Positions 39,551-47,530 of a stretch of 64,000 nt of DNA are shown in pieces. The position numbers were made by a program, and so were the translations under genes. Positions within the stretch are counted from its first letter, which is position 1; each line of letters starts with the position of its first letter. The notes below the pieces were generated by a model. It ran no database searches. It was not told where the DNA came from and worked only from the letters and a program-made list of their open reading frames with translations. Source of the stretch: Desulfatiglandales bacterium (GTDB taxonomy: Bacteria; Desulfobacterota; DSM-4660; Desulfatiglandales; Desulfatiglandaceae); the NCBI GenBank assembly GCA_963666345.1, contig OY762721.1, forward strand, positions 3,200,001 through 3,264,000, given 5' to 3'.

Positions 39551-40171
39551 ATGTCACAGACGGAAAACGGCATATCAAAAGATCCGGAAGGAAAGCTCAT
39601 ATTGAAGATAAAGTCCGGTCCTTCAATCGATTTTTCAGACCTTTTTCAAAGAGGTTTTCAGGTCGTAACGGCCGGGGAGCGCTCACTCAAGGATTTTCTT
39701 TCCACAGAGCTGGGCCTGCTCCCCTCCTACATAGATGAAAGGGTCCAGACCATGTTTCTTGACGGAAGGGCCGTGGATGACCCGGACAGGGCAGTGGTGA
39801 GCGGAGGCTCGACCGTTTCCCTTTCAGCCGCGATGCCGGGCCTTTTGGGGGCGACTCTCAGGCGCGGGAGTTATTATGCGGCAATGAGGAAGGAGATATC
39901 CTATAAGGCCCGGAGTGTAAAGGCAGAAGACAGGAATAATATCGTGACGGTCAAGCTTTTCAATCTGATGGCAAGGGAGATCGCGCCGGAATTGGTCCTA
40001 AAGGGAGTCTGGTTAAGCGGAAAGGACCTGGCGGAGTTTCTAAAGGGGAGATCAGATCTGTTTGGTCCTCTTGTGGAGACAGCCCTTCTCAACGGCAAAG
40101 AGACTCCATCCGGTAATCTTATCGAGAGTCTATCCGGGATGGAGAGGGTTTTTTTCAGGATCGCCGAATAG
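39551..40171 (+). CDS. Hypothetical protein, possibly with an internal ubiquitin-like (MoaD/ThiS-type) domain
   Basis: 206 aa ORF following aor; segment FLDGRAVDD...GSTVSLSAAMPG resembles the beta-grasp C-terminal half. Confidence 0.6.
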   Translation: MSQTENGISKDPEGKLILKIKSGPSIDFSDLFQRGFQVVTAGERSLKDFLSTELGLLPSYIDERVQTMFLDGRAVDDPDRAVVSGGSTVSLSAAMPGLLGATLRRGSYYAAMRKEISYKARSVKAEDRNNIVTVKLFNLMAREIAPELVLKGVWLSGKDLAEFLKGRSDLFGPLVETALLNGKETPSGNLIESLSGMERVFFRIAE

Positions 40172-40174
40172 GAC

Positions 40175-40417
40175 TTACCCACCTGCAACAGGCGGAAAAA
40201 CACCCAGACGATCACCATCTGAAAGGCGCTTTTCACCGGCTTCCTTCTTGCCGTTGAGAAATATCAGCTTGACTTTTTCAACAGACACCTCATGTTCCTT
40301 TAAGAGTTCCCATATGGTCGTGCCTTCTTTTACCTCCACCTCAAGCACGCCCCCTGATTTTTTTACCCCGGCTGCGACACGGGAAAGGGATGCATATAAT
40401 CGCAATTCTATCTTCAT
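40175..40417 (-). CDS. MoaD/ThiS sulfur carrier protein
   Basis: 80 aa, FLNG...LSDGDRLGVFPPVAGG with C-terminal GG. Confidence 0.9.
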   Translation of the reverse strand: MKIELRLYASLSRVAAGVKKSGGVLEVEVKEGTTIWELLKEHEVSVEKVKLIFLNGKKEAGEKRLSDGDRLGVFPPVAGG

Positions 40418-40582
40418 TTTGATTCCCTGACTCATTGTAACGAGGAATTAAAAAAGATGTCTTAATTACCTTCTCTTCATGTTATAATATAATCACCAAA
40501 AGAACAAATTCCTGACAGCCTGTCAATTTCATAATAAACAGCAGACCGCTGGATCGATCGAACGGGGAAAACGGGGATAATT

Positions 40583-41455
40583 ATGAAGCAGATCCGTCCG
40601 GGAAAACTCCACGATCCCATAAGGGAAGATTCCTTGTTCGTAAAGGACCCTGCAGGACGAAACGTCCGGGTAATTTATGAAGAAAAGGCGGAAACGATCT
40701 CCGAAAAATATGGCGTTTCATTGCATGATGTTTTTGCCGAATCGCTCAGGATAGGGATTTTTCCCTACCGCTACATCAGAAACAGCGATTCTCTCGGTTT
40801 CCAGGATCAGCTGAAACTGGCCGAATCGCATGTGGCCGTAGTAGGTGCGGGGGGGCTTGGTGGTCAGGCCATTCTTCTTCTGTCCAGAATGGGGATAGGA
40901 AGGCTTTCGGTAATAGACAGTGACAAATTTGACGAAACCAATCTCAACCGGCAGGCATTGAGCAGCAAGACCTCCCTTGGAGTCTTCAAATCTCAAGAGG
41001 CTTATGATCTTGTACGATCAATTAATCCGGCGGTAGAGTTCTTTGCCCACAGGTTAAGACTTGATGCGTCAAACTGCGGATCGGTTCTTGAGCGTGCCGA
41101 TGTCGTTCTTGATTGTCTTGATAATATAAGAGACAGGTTTGTGATTGAAGAATGTGCAAAGGCACTGGGAAGGCCTCTTGTCCATGGTGCGGTCGCCGGG
41201 TTTGAGGGGCGCGTCATGACAATATTTCCAGCGGACAGCGGCTTGAGTTCCCTATACGGGGAAAGGGCTCAGGAGAGCGAAAACCATGAGAGCGCTGAAA
41301 AGTCGATGGGTGTAACCGCCCCTGCCGTCTCTTTTATAGCAACCCTTCAGGTGATGGAGGCAATAAAGATTATACTGGGCAGGGGGAGAATTATGAGAAA
41401 CAGGATGCTTAATTGTGATCTGGAGACTGGTGAGATAACGGAGTTCAGCCTTTAA
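40583..41455 (+). CDS. ThiF/MoeB/HesA adenylyltransferase
   Basis: VVGAGGLG, DSDKFDETNLNRQ, DCLDN; divergent from the moaD-like gene. Confidence 0.9.
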   Translation: MKQIRPGKLHDPIREDSLFVKDPAGRNVRVIYEEKAETISEKYGVSLHDVFAESLRIGIFPYRYIRNSDSLGFQDQLKLAESHVAVVGAGGLGGQAILLLSRMGIGRLSVIDSDKFDETNLNRQALSSKTSLGVFKSQEAYDLVRSINPAVEFFAHRLRLDASNCGSVLERADVVLDCLDNIRDRFVIEECAKALGRPLVHGAVAGFEGRVMTIFPADSGLSSLYGERAQESENHESAEKSMGVTAPAVSFIATLQVMEAIKIILGRGRIMRNRMLNCDLETGEITEFSL

Positions 41456-41544
41456 ATGAAAATAAGTCAGGATGAAAACTGCCTGAATGGAAATCCCGGC
41501 CCCTCTTCCCTGAAGGACCGGGGTTTTGATATAATAGTGTCAGT

Positions 41545-42030
41545 TTATTTCAAGCATTGGCCCTTTTCCGGACCTCTTCCAAAACGGTCTCCTTTACCGC
41601 TTTTGAATTTATGTCCCCTCTCAAGCCCGCCTGCGAGGACCCTGACGCGCTGTTCAGGGGTAAGCATGTTGAGGATTGATATCCTGTGGTCAATCGCCTT
41701 TTCCTGCATCCGGCCCATTAGTTCATGGATCTCTTTCTGTTTTGCCTTGATGGCGGTTACGTCGGCTTCCTTCTGCAGCCAGAGCAGTTTCATCTCCGCC
41801 TTTTTCGCCACCAGTTTACTGCGTATAGGGATGGTATCCTTGATATGGGTTTCCCTTAGAGCCCTGACCGTGTCGAGCTGTTCCTGAGTAAGATCAAGAG
41901 AGGAGGTGAAGTCGCGCATGCCCCAGGGAGGTCCCTGCCGGTCGCCTTTCCTGTCCCATGGGTCTGCCATGACAAAAGTTGCGGAAAGAAAAACCATCAG
42001 TGTTGAGATAACTATTACAGTCTTTTTCAT
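41545..42030 (-). CDS. Spy/CpxP/ZraP-family periplasmic protein
   Basis: Signal peptide and two LTxEQ motifs (LDLTQEQ, LTPEQR). Confidence 0.85.
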   Translation of the reverse strand: MKKTVIVISTLMVFLSATFVMADPWDRKGDRQGPPWGMRDFTSSLDLTQEQLDTVRALRETHIKDTIPIRSKLVAKKAEMKLLWLQKEADVTAIKAKQKEIHELMGRMQEKAIDHRISILNMLTPEQRVRVLAGGLERGHKFKSGKGDRFGRGPEKGQCLK

Positions 42031-42069
42031 TTGATATCCTCCAGTATTTTTGATTTTGCCTGACTATAA

Positions 42070-42086
42070 AGCATGATCTGTGCCAA
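42070..42086 (-). promoter_or_regulatory. sigma54 (-24/-12) promoter of the Spy/ZraP-like gene
   Basis: Minus strand TTGGCACAGATCATGCT: GG-N10-GC, ~40 bp upstream of the start codon, next to a divergent sigma54 activator. Confidence 0.8.
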
Positions 42087-42347
42087 AAAACCCGATAAGT
42101 ATGTAACCTTTTGGTATTACAGATTATAACTACGGGGAAAGATCCAGGGAAAAGATGGTTTTAGGGAGGTGTTCGGTGCAATAAATGTCGTTGAAGGGCT
42201 TTTTGTTCGACAAATTCGTCGAAATTTCGTATCTTTTTTATTCAGAAAAGGTGAAGCAGGTTGATAGGGGCTGTTAAGGTCAGGTAAACCTTTCAAGCAT
42301 GGTATTTGCATGAATTTACCGGACAAAACGGGTGGAGACAGAGGTGA

Positions 42348-44063
42348 ATGGGAAAAAAAGACGGAAAACCGGGTTCTGGGTCGGGAAAGACAGAACCGCG
42401 TTCAATTTTTCAGCCTGTTGCAGTAGCACTGGTCTGTGTGGTCCTTATCATCCTTCTTGCCTTTATCGGAATGATCAATCTCAAGGGACTGCACGACAGC
42501 CTGGTGGGTTATATGGAGACACGGGGTCTCCACCTGATAAGGGATGTGGAACAGTCTTCCGAATATTATCTGAAAAGGTTAATGCAAAGTGGTCCGTCCG
42601 GAATAGATACTGAATTCAAGCCGGTTTTTTCAGAGAGCCTGTCACTTCAGGAGGCGATGGTTATCGATCTCATAGAGATTGCGCGTAAGATCGACTTGTA
42701 TCAGGGAACTGAACCTCTCACGGACGAAGAGGTCGGATCCATTGCTCGGGCAGAAGAAATCCGGCTCATTGCGGTCGTTGATTCAGCGGGGGTGGTAAAG
42801 GCGAACGGATTCGTGGATGGGCATCTGCTGGGCCTTGCCGAACCTGTGGTAAAGGGACATGAAAAAATTGTTGTTGATCTCTTCGGGCCGGCCGCATTTT
42901 TGAGGGATACGGGTGCCTTGATCCTGAAAAGAGAAGGAAGGCAAGGCGCTGTAATATTGGGCCTTGACAGGGAGGGTATAAGGTACAGAAGTGTTATGGT
43001 GGCTTTTCAGGCGGCAATCGAAGATATCGTGAGGGAAAGTGAGACCGCATACTTTGCCGTTATGGACCAAAACCGGAAAATAATAGCGGGAATAGGTGAT
43101 TTTTCAGGGATTGAAAGGGTTGATAACCCTGCCACGGAACCTGAGAAGATAACAAGAAGGGGGATATCTTCCGAGGGAGAACATATGCTGGAGATAAGTG
43201 CACCCATTGGTCTGGGGCCTGGGGCCCATGGAAGGGCCGTAGTAGCATTTTCAAGAGAAAGTTCAAACCGGATCCTGGAAAAGATACGCAGCGTGCTCTT
43301 TGCCTCGATGGTCGTTGTTGTCTTTATCACGCTCCTTTCCATGTTTTTCCTCTACCGAAGCCAGAAAAGACACCTGAAGGGCATGCGCGAGATGGAAAGG
43401 AGGCTTCAGCAGGCGGAAAGGCTTTCGGCAATGGGGCGTCTTGCAGCCGGTGTGGCCCATGAGATCCGAAATCCCTTAAACGCGATAAGCATGGCCACCC
43501 AGAGGCTTCAACGCGAACACAAAGAGGAACTTATGGGTGTCATCAAGGAAGAGATAAAGAGACTCAACCTGATAATAGAGGAGTTCCTCCAGTTTTCCAG
43601 AACAGACAGATTGAACTTTCTGAATCAGGACATATCCGCCATAGTAAATCAGATAATCCTGCTGGTGCAGGATGAGGCAGAGGCAAAGGGGGTGAAAACG
43701 GATCGGTTCATCCCTGATTCTCCGATTATGGCCCCTGTGGACAAGGACAAGCTCAAGCAGGCCCTTTTGAATGTCGCAAAAAACGCACTGGAAGCGACGG
43801 GTGACGGTGGCTCCATCAGGTTTTCCCTTAGAGAAAAGGATAGACATTGGGTATCTATAAAAATATCCGATACAGGAGAAGGCATCCCCGAAGATAGAAT
43901 ATCCCGGATTTTTGATCCTGACTATACCACAAAGGAGAAGGGCCTCGGCCTTGGCCTTCCCATAGCAAACGAGATAATAAGGGGACACGGGGGTGAGATA
44001 GAGGTCCTAAGTCTGCCGGATTCAGGTACCACTTTTGAAATACTTCTACCGAAACTGATATGA
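42348..44063 (+). CDS. Membrane sensor histidine kinase (ZraS/NtrB-like)
   Basis: Two TMs, AAGVAHEIRNPLN H-box, NVAKNA, DTGEGI, GLGLGL. Confidence 0.92.
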   Translation: MGKKDGKPGSGSGKTEPRSIFQPVAVALVCVVLIILLAFIGMINLKGLHDSLVGYMETRGLHLIRDVEQSSEYYLKRLMQSGPSGIDTEFKPVFSESLSLQEAMVIDLIEIARKIDLYQGTEPLTDEEVGSIARAEEIRLIAVVDSAGVVKANGFVDGHLLGLAEPVVKGHEKIVVDLFGPAAFLRDTGALILKREGRQGAVILGLDREGIRYRSVMVAFQAAIEDIVRESETAYFAVMDQNRKIIAGIGDFSGIERVDNPATEPEKITRRGISSEGEHMLEISAPIGLGPGAHGRAVVAFSRESSNRILEKIRSVLFASMVVVVFITLLSMFFLYRSQKRHLKGMREMERRLQQAERLSAMGRLAAGVAHEIRNPLNAISMATQRLQREHKEELMGVIKEEIKRLNLIIEEFLQFSRTDRLNFLNQDISAIVNQIILLVQDEAEAKGVKTDRFIPDSPIMAPVDKDKLKQALLNVAKNALEATGDGGSIRFSLREKDRHWVSIKISDTGEGIPEDRISRIFDPDYTTKEKGLGLGLPIANEIIRGHGGEIEVLSLPDSGTTFEILLPKLI

Positions 44064-44171
44064 GCCTTGAGATGCCTTCGGCAAATCAACCCCTTTACCG
44101 ATACCGAAATTATTCAACACAGACAACCACACAATCATTTTACATTGTACACAGATCCGGGAGCGGTTTAT

Positions 44172-45536
44172 ATGAACAGACCCACAATACTTGTAACAGA
44201 GGACGGAAAGACTCAGAGGGAGATGCTGAGGGATTTTTTGGTTGGCGAGGGCTATGACGTCCTGGAGGCGGAAGACGGAAAAAAGGCCATAGCCAGGGTA
44301 AAGGACAGCCACGTGGATATCATCTTGCTCGACTACAAGATGCCTTCCATGGACGGCATGGAGGTGCTTAAGGAGATGAAATCCATAAACCCGGAGATAG
44401 ATGTTATCATGATGACCGCCTACGGTACGATAGAGACCGCCGTAAACGCCATGAAAGAAGGGGCCTATGACTATGTCACAAAACCGGTTGAGCTTGATGA
44501 ACTCCTGGTTCTCCTTGAACGAATTTCGGAAAAAAGGGATATAATAAGAGAAAATGAGATATTGAAGGATAATCTGAGAGATAAGGGGGTTACGGCGGAT
44601 CAGATCATTTATCAAGGCCGTGCCATGGAAGAGGTCGTAAACATGGCCGGCAGGGTGGCGGCAAGCCGCGCAGCCGTGCTCATTCGTGGTGAAAGCGGGA
44701 CAGGTAAGGAACTCATATCAAAACTCATTCATAACCTGAGCCCCCGGTCCGAAAGGCCTATGATTACTGTCAATTGCGCGGCCCTTCCCGAGACCCTTCT
44801 TGAAAGTGAGTTGTTCGGTCACGAAAAAGGGGCCTTTACCGGCTCCACTCAGAGAAGAATAGGCCGCTTTGAAGAGGCTGACGGAGGCACACTGTTTCTG
44901 GATGAGATAGGGGAGCTTTCCCCGGGTGTGCAGGTGAAGCTTTTAAGATTTCTTCAGGAAAAGGAATTTCAGCGTCTGGGCGGCAACCATACCCTTAACT
45001 CCGATGTGCGGGTAATAAGCGCCACCAACAGGGATCTTGATGAGAGATTGAAAAACGGTGATTTCAGAGAGGATCTCTACTACAGACTGAATGTGGTGGT
45101 AATCACGGTACCGCCTTTAAGAGAGAGGAAAGAGGATATCCCCCTTCTGATTGATTATTTTATGAAGGCCTATTGCAGGGAAAACGGAAAATCGGTAGAT
45201 GCGGTAAGCAGGGAGGCAAGGGATCTCCTTATCAAATACGATTACCCGGGTAATGTGAGAGAGCTTGAAAACATCATCGAAAGGGCGGTCGTCATAACAA
45301 GGGATTCCATTATATCAAAAAGGGACCTTCCATTTCAGGCAGAGCCGGAAGAATCGTTCAAAGGGATTGTTCCAGGGAGCGGGACCATAAAGGAAAATGT
45401 CGAAATGCTTGAACGGGGCATGATCGAAAGGGCCATGAACGAGTGTTCCCGGCACCAGACAAGGGCTGCCGAGTCGCTCGGTATAAGTGAGCGGATGCTG
45501 AGGTACAAACTGAAAAAGTATGGTTTTAAGAAATGA
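44172..45536 (+). CDS. sigma54-dependent response regulator (ZraR/NtrC family)
   Basis: REC (LLDYKMP), GESGTGKE, ESELFGHEKGAFTGS, LFLDEIG, PGNVRELEN, Fis-type HTH. Confidence 0.93.
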   Translation: MNRPTILVTEDGKTQREMLRDFLVGEGYDVLEAEDGKKAIARVKDSHVDIILLDYKMPSMDGMEVLKEMKSINPEIDVIMMTAYGTIETAVNAMKEGAYDYVTKPVELDELLVLLERISEKRDIIRENEILKDNLRDKGVTADQIIYQGRAMEEVVNMAGRVAASRAAVLIRGESGTGKELISKLIHNLSPRSERPMITVNCAALPETLLESELFGHEKGAFTGSTQRRIGRFEEADGGTLFLDEIGELSPGVQVKLLRFLQEKEFQRLGGNHTLNSDVRVISATNRDLDERLKNGDFREDLYYRLNVVVITVPPLRERKEDIPLLIDYFMKAYCRENGKSVDAVSREARDLLIKYDYPGNVRELENIIERAVVITRDSIISKRDLPFQAEPEESFKGIVPGSGTIKENVEMLERGMIERAMNECSRHQTRAAESLGISERMLRYKLKKYGFKK

Positions 45537-45722
45537 GAAAGATCTCCAGATAAGTCGAAGTCGATAAGAGGAAAACAGGTATATTGCACGGGACTGATAC
45601 AGTTGTAATCCATGAGGGTTCAAGGATCCGGGGATTCGAGTGAAATGCCGAAGGCTCTGATAAAACCCTCAGGAATTAAATCCTTGGACTTTTTCTCCGG
45701 CTACATTGAAGAACAGGCAAAA

Positions 45723-46217
45723 ATGGAAATCAAAGAAGGATATATACCAGGGTCGATCGGTAGGATCGCCGAGCTTCACGGCACATACTATTGCGATAAC
45801 TGGGGGTTCGGACTTTTTTTCGAGGCAAAGGTGGCCGGGGAGCTTTCGGAGTTCCTTGGGAGATACGATAAGGGGCGTGACCGTTTTCTGACCGCGTGGA
45901 CGGATGAAAGGCTGGAGGGCTCCATAGCCATCGACGCGCTTCATGCGGACACGGAAGGGGCCCATCTGAGATGGTTTATCGTCTCTGAAAGGCTCAGGGG
46001 AACCGGGGCAGGCGGCCTCCTTATAAACAATGCAATCCATTTCTGCCGTAAAAAGGGATACAAAAGGATATTCCTGTGGACCTTTGAGGGTCTGGATGCT
46101 GCAAGACACCTCTATGAAAAGGAGGGGTTCAGGCTCGTTGATCAGAAAGAAGGTGCTCAGTGGGGTACTGAGGTAAAGGAGCAGCGTTTTTTACTTCCGC
46201 TTGATCGGATCTATTGA
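45723..46217 (+). CDS. GNAT acetyltransferase
   Basis: PGSIGRIAELHG, AHLRWFIV...RGTGAG, LWTFEGLDAARHLYEKEGF. Confidence 0.85.
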   Translation: MEIKEGYIPGSIGRIAELHGTYYCDNWGFGLFFEAKVAGELSEFLGRYDKGRDRFLTAWTDERLEGSIAIDALHADTEGAHLRWFIVSERLRGTGAGGLLINNAIHFCRKKGYKRIFLWTFEGLDAARHLYEKEGFRLVDQKEGAQWGTEVKEQRFLLPLDRIY

Positions 46218-46247
46218 AGCTCCCGGCAGCAAGCTGCGGGGAATCTC
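46216..46247. repeat. REP-like palindrome
   Basis: GAAGCTCCCGGCAGCAAGCTGCGGGGAATCT; hairpin CCC.GCAGC-AA-GCTGC.GGG immediately after the GNAT stop. Confidence 0.5.
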
Positions 46248-46368
46248 CAAATGTGGATCATCTCCAAAAGAGTTGATCTAAATGAAGGATTCTTCGCCCT
46301 CGCTTAGATCAGCTCAGTTCCACTGCTTTGCAGCGGGTTCCCGGTTTCGAAGGGTCAATGGTTCGAGG

Positions 46369-46578
46369 TATGGGGGGAAAACTACTATAAAGTATATGAG
46401 ATTTTTCTATATTGCATATGGTTCAGTCTGTGAATCGGAAACCCGAGCCATGATATCAGGTGACCTGGGTTATGTGGAAAAACAGAGGCTTCAGGAATTA
46501 GGAGGGGAAATCGGGGATGTCGAGACAATGCTCAAAGCAATGATCAAATCCCTGGAAAGAAAACCCTCGAATCCTTGA
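46369..46578 (+). pseudogene. C-terminal half of a four-helix-bundle (23S rRNA IVP / Avd-like) protein
   Basis: YGGKTTIKYMRFFYIAYGSVCESETRAMISGDLGY...MLKAMIKSL fits the family C-terminus; the N-terminal half is missing. Confidence 0.7.
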
Positions 46579-46648
46579 ATCCTGGAACCCTGGAACCCTG
46601 GAACCCTGGAACCCTTGGACCCTTGGACCCTTGGACCCTTGGACCCTC
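46570..46648 (+). repeat. 8-bp tandem array (GAACCCTG / GGACCCTT variants), about 10 units
   Basis: Directly visible; unit sequence drifts from GAATCCTT through GAACCCTG to GGACCCTT. Confidence 0.92.
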
Positions 46649-46708
46649 TTCGCCAACTAAGTTGGAGAAGAACCCCAAATGTCAAGTTTTCAAAAGAGGA
46701 GGTTAAAG

Positions 46709-47209
46709 ATGGCACAAATAACTTTTAAAGGCAACATCGTTGAAACAGTGGGCGATCTTCCGGCAAAAGGCTCTGTTGCTTTCCCCTTTGTTCTTACAAA
46801 GACCGAGCTTTCGGAGTGCACCCTAGCCGATTTTAAAGGAAAAAGAGTTGTTCTCAATATATTCCCCAGCATAGACACCTCAGTTTGCGCCGCATCGGTC
46901 AGGAGATTTAACCAGGAGGCAAGCGAGCTTGAAAATTGTGCTGTTCTGTGTATCTCGGCCGACCTTCCCTTTGCACATGAAAGGTTCTGCGAGGTGGAGG
47001 GCCTCAAGGACGTGATCCCCCTGTCGGTGTTCAGGTCCCCCGAGTTCGGCAACGACTACGGCGTGACCATGACGAGCGGCCCTTTGAGGGGGCTTCTGGC
47101 AAGGGCGATAGTTATTGTTGATGTATCAGGTAAGATCACCTATACGGAGCTTGTGCCTGATATAGCCCATGAGCCCGATTATGACTCGGCCCTGGCATCC
47201 CTTTCCTGA
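46709..47209 (+). CDS. tpx: Thiol peroxidase Tpx
   Basis: LNIFPSIDTSVC, ISADLPFA..RFC, GLLARA, EPDYD. Confidence 0.95.
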   Translation: MAQITFKGNIVETVGDLPAKGSVAFPFVLTKTELSECTLADFKGKRVVLNIFPSIDTSVCAASVRRFNQEASELENCAVLCISADLPFAHERFCEVEGLKDVIPLSVFRSPEFGNDYGVTMTSGPLRGLLARAIVIVDVSGKITYTELVPDIAHEPDYDSALASLS

Positions 47210-47271
47210 TGTTTGAGTCGGTAAAGGCGGGTATTTATGCGGAGACTATTAAAAGGCCGGTTTTTTGAATT

Positions 47272-47508
47272 ATGAACGGATGCAGACACAGGAACCTGGA
47301 GACACTGCCCGGAGAAAAGAAAAGGGTTCGCTGCAGGAGATGCAACCTCGTCATTTCCGCGGAAGAGCTGGGGGGAGGATATTGCCCCGAGTGTTACGAG
47401 ACAAGCGGACTTCGGCATTACGAATTCGAGAATATTTCAAATGATGGAGAGACCCTTATCCGATACAGGTGCGAAGAGTGCGGAGAGGTCCTGGAGTACA
47501 AAAAATAG
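47272..47508 (+). CDS. Small Cys-rich zinc-ribbon protein
   Basis: 78 aa with CxH and three CxxC pairs; fills the gap between tpx and uvrA. Confidence 0.65.
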   Translation: MNGCRHRNLETLPGEKKRVRCRRCNLVISAEELGGGYCPECYETSGLRHYEFENISNDGETLIRYRCEECGEVLEYKK

Positions 47509-47530
47509 GGCGACAGGCCCTTGAGACCTT

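Noticed and set aside
44820..44850. GAFTGS variant of the GAFTGA loop
   Set aside because: The key F and T residues are retained and a sigma54 promoter is adjacent, so there is no reason to infer loss of function
46570..46648. Possible CRISPR array
   Set aside because: Contiguous 8-bp units with no spacers, and no cas genes in the window
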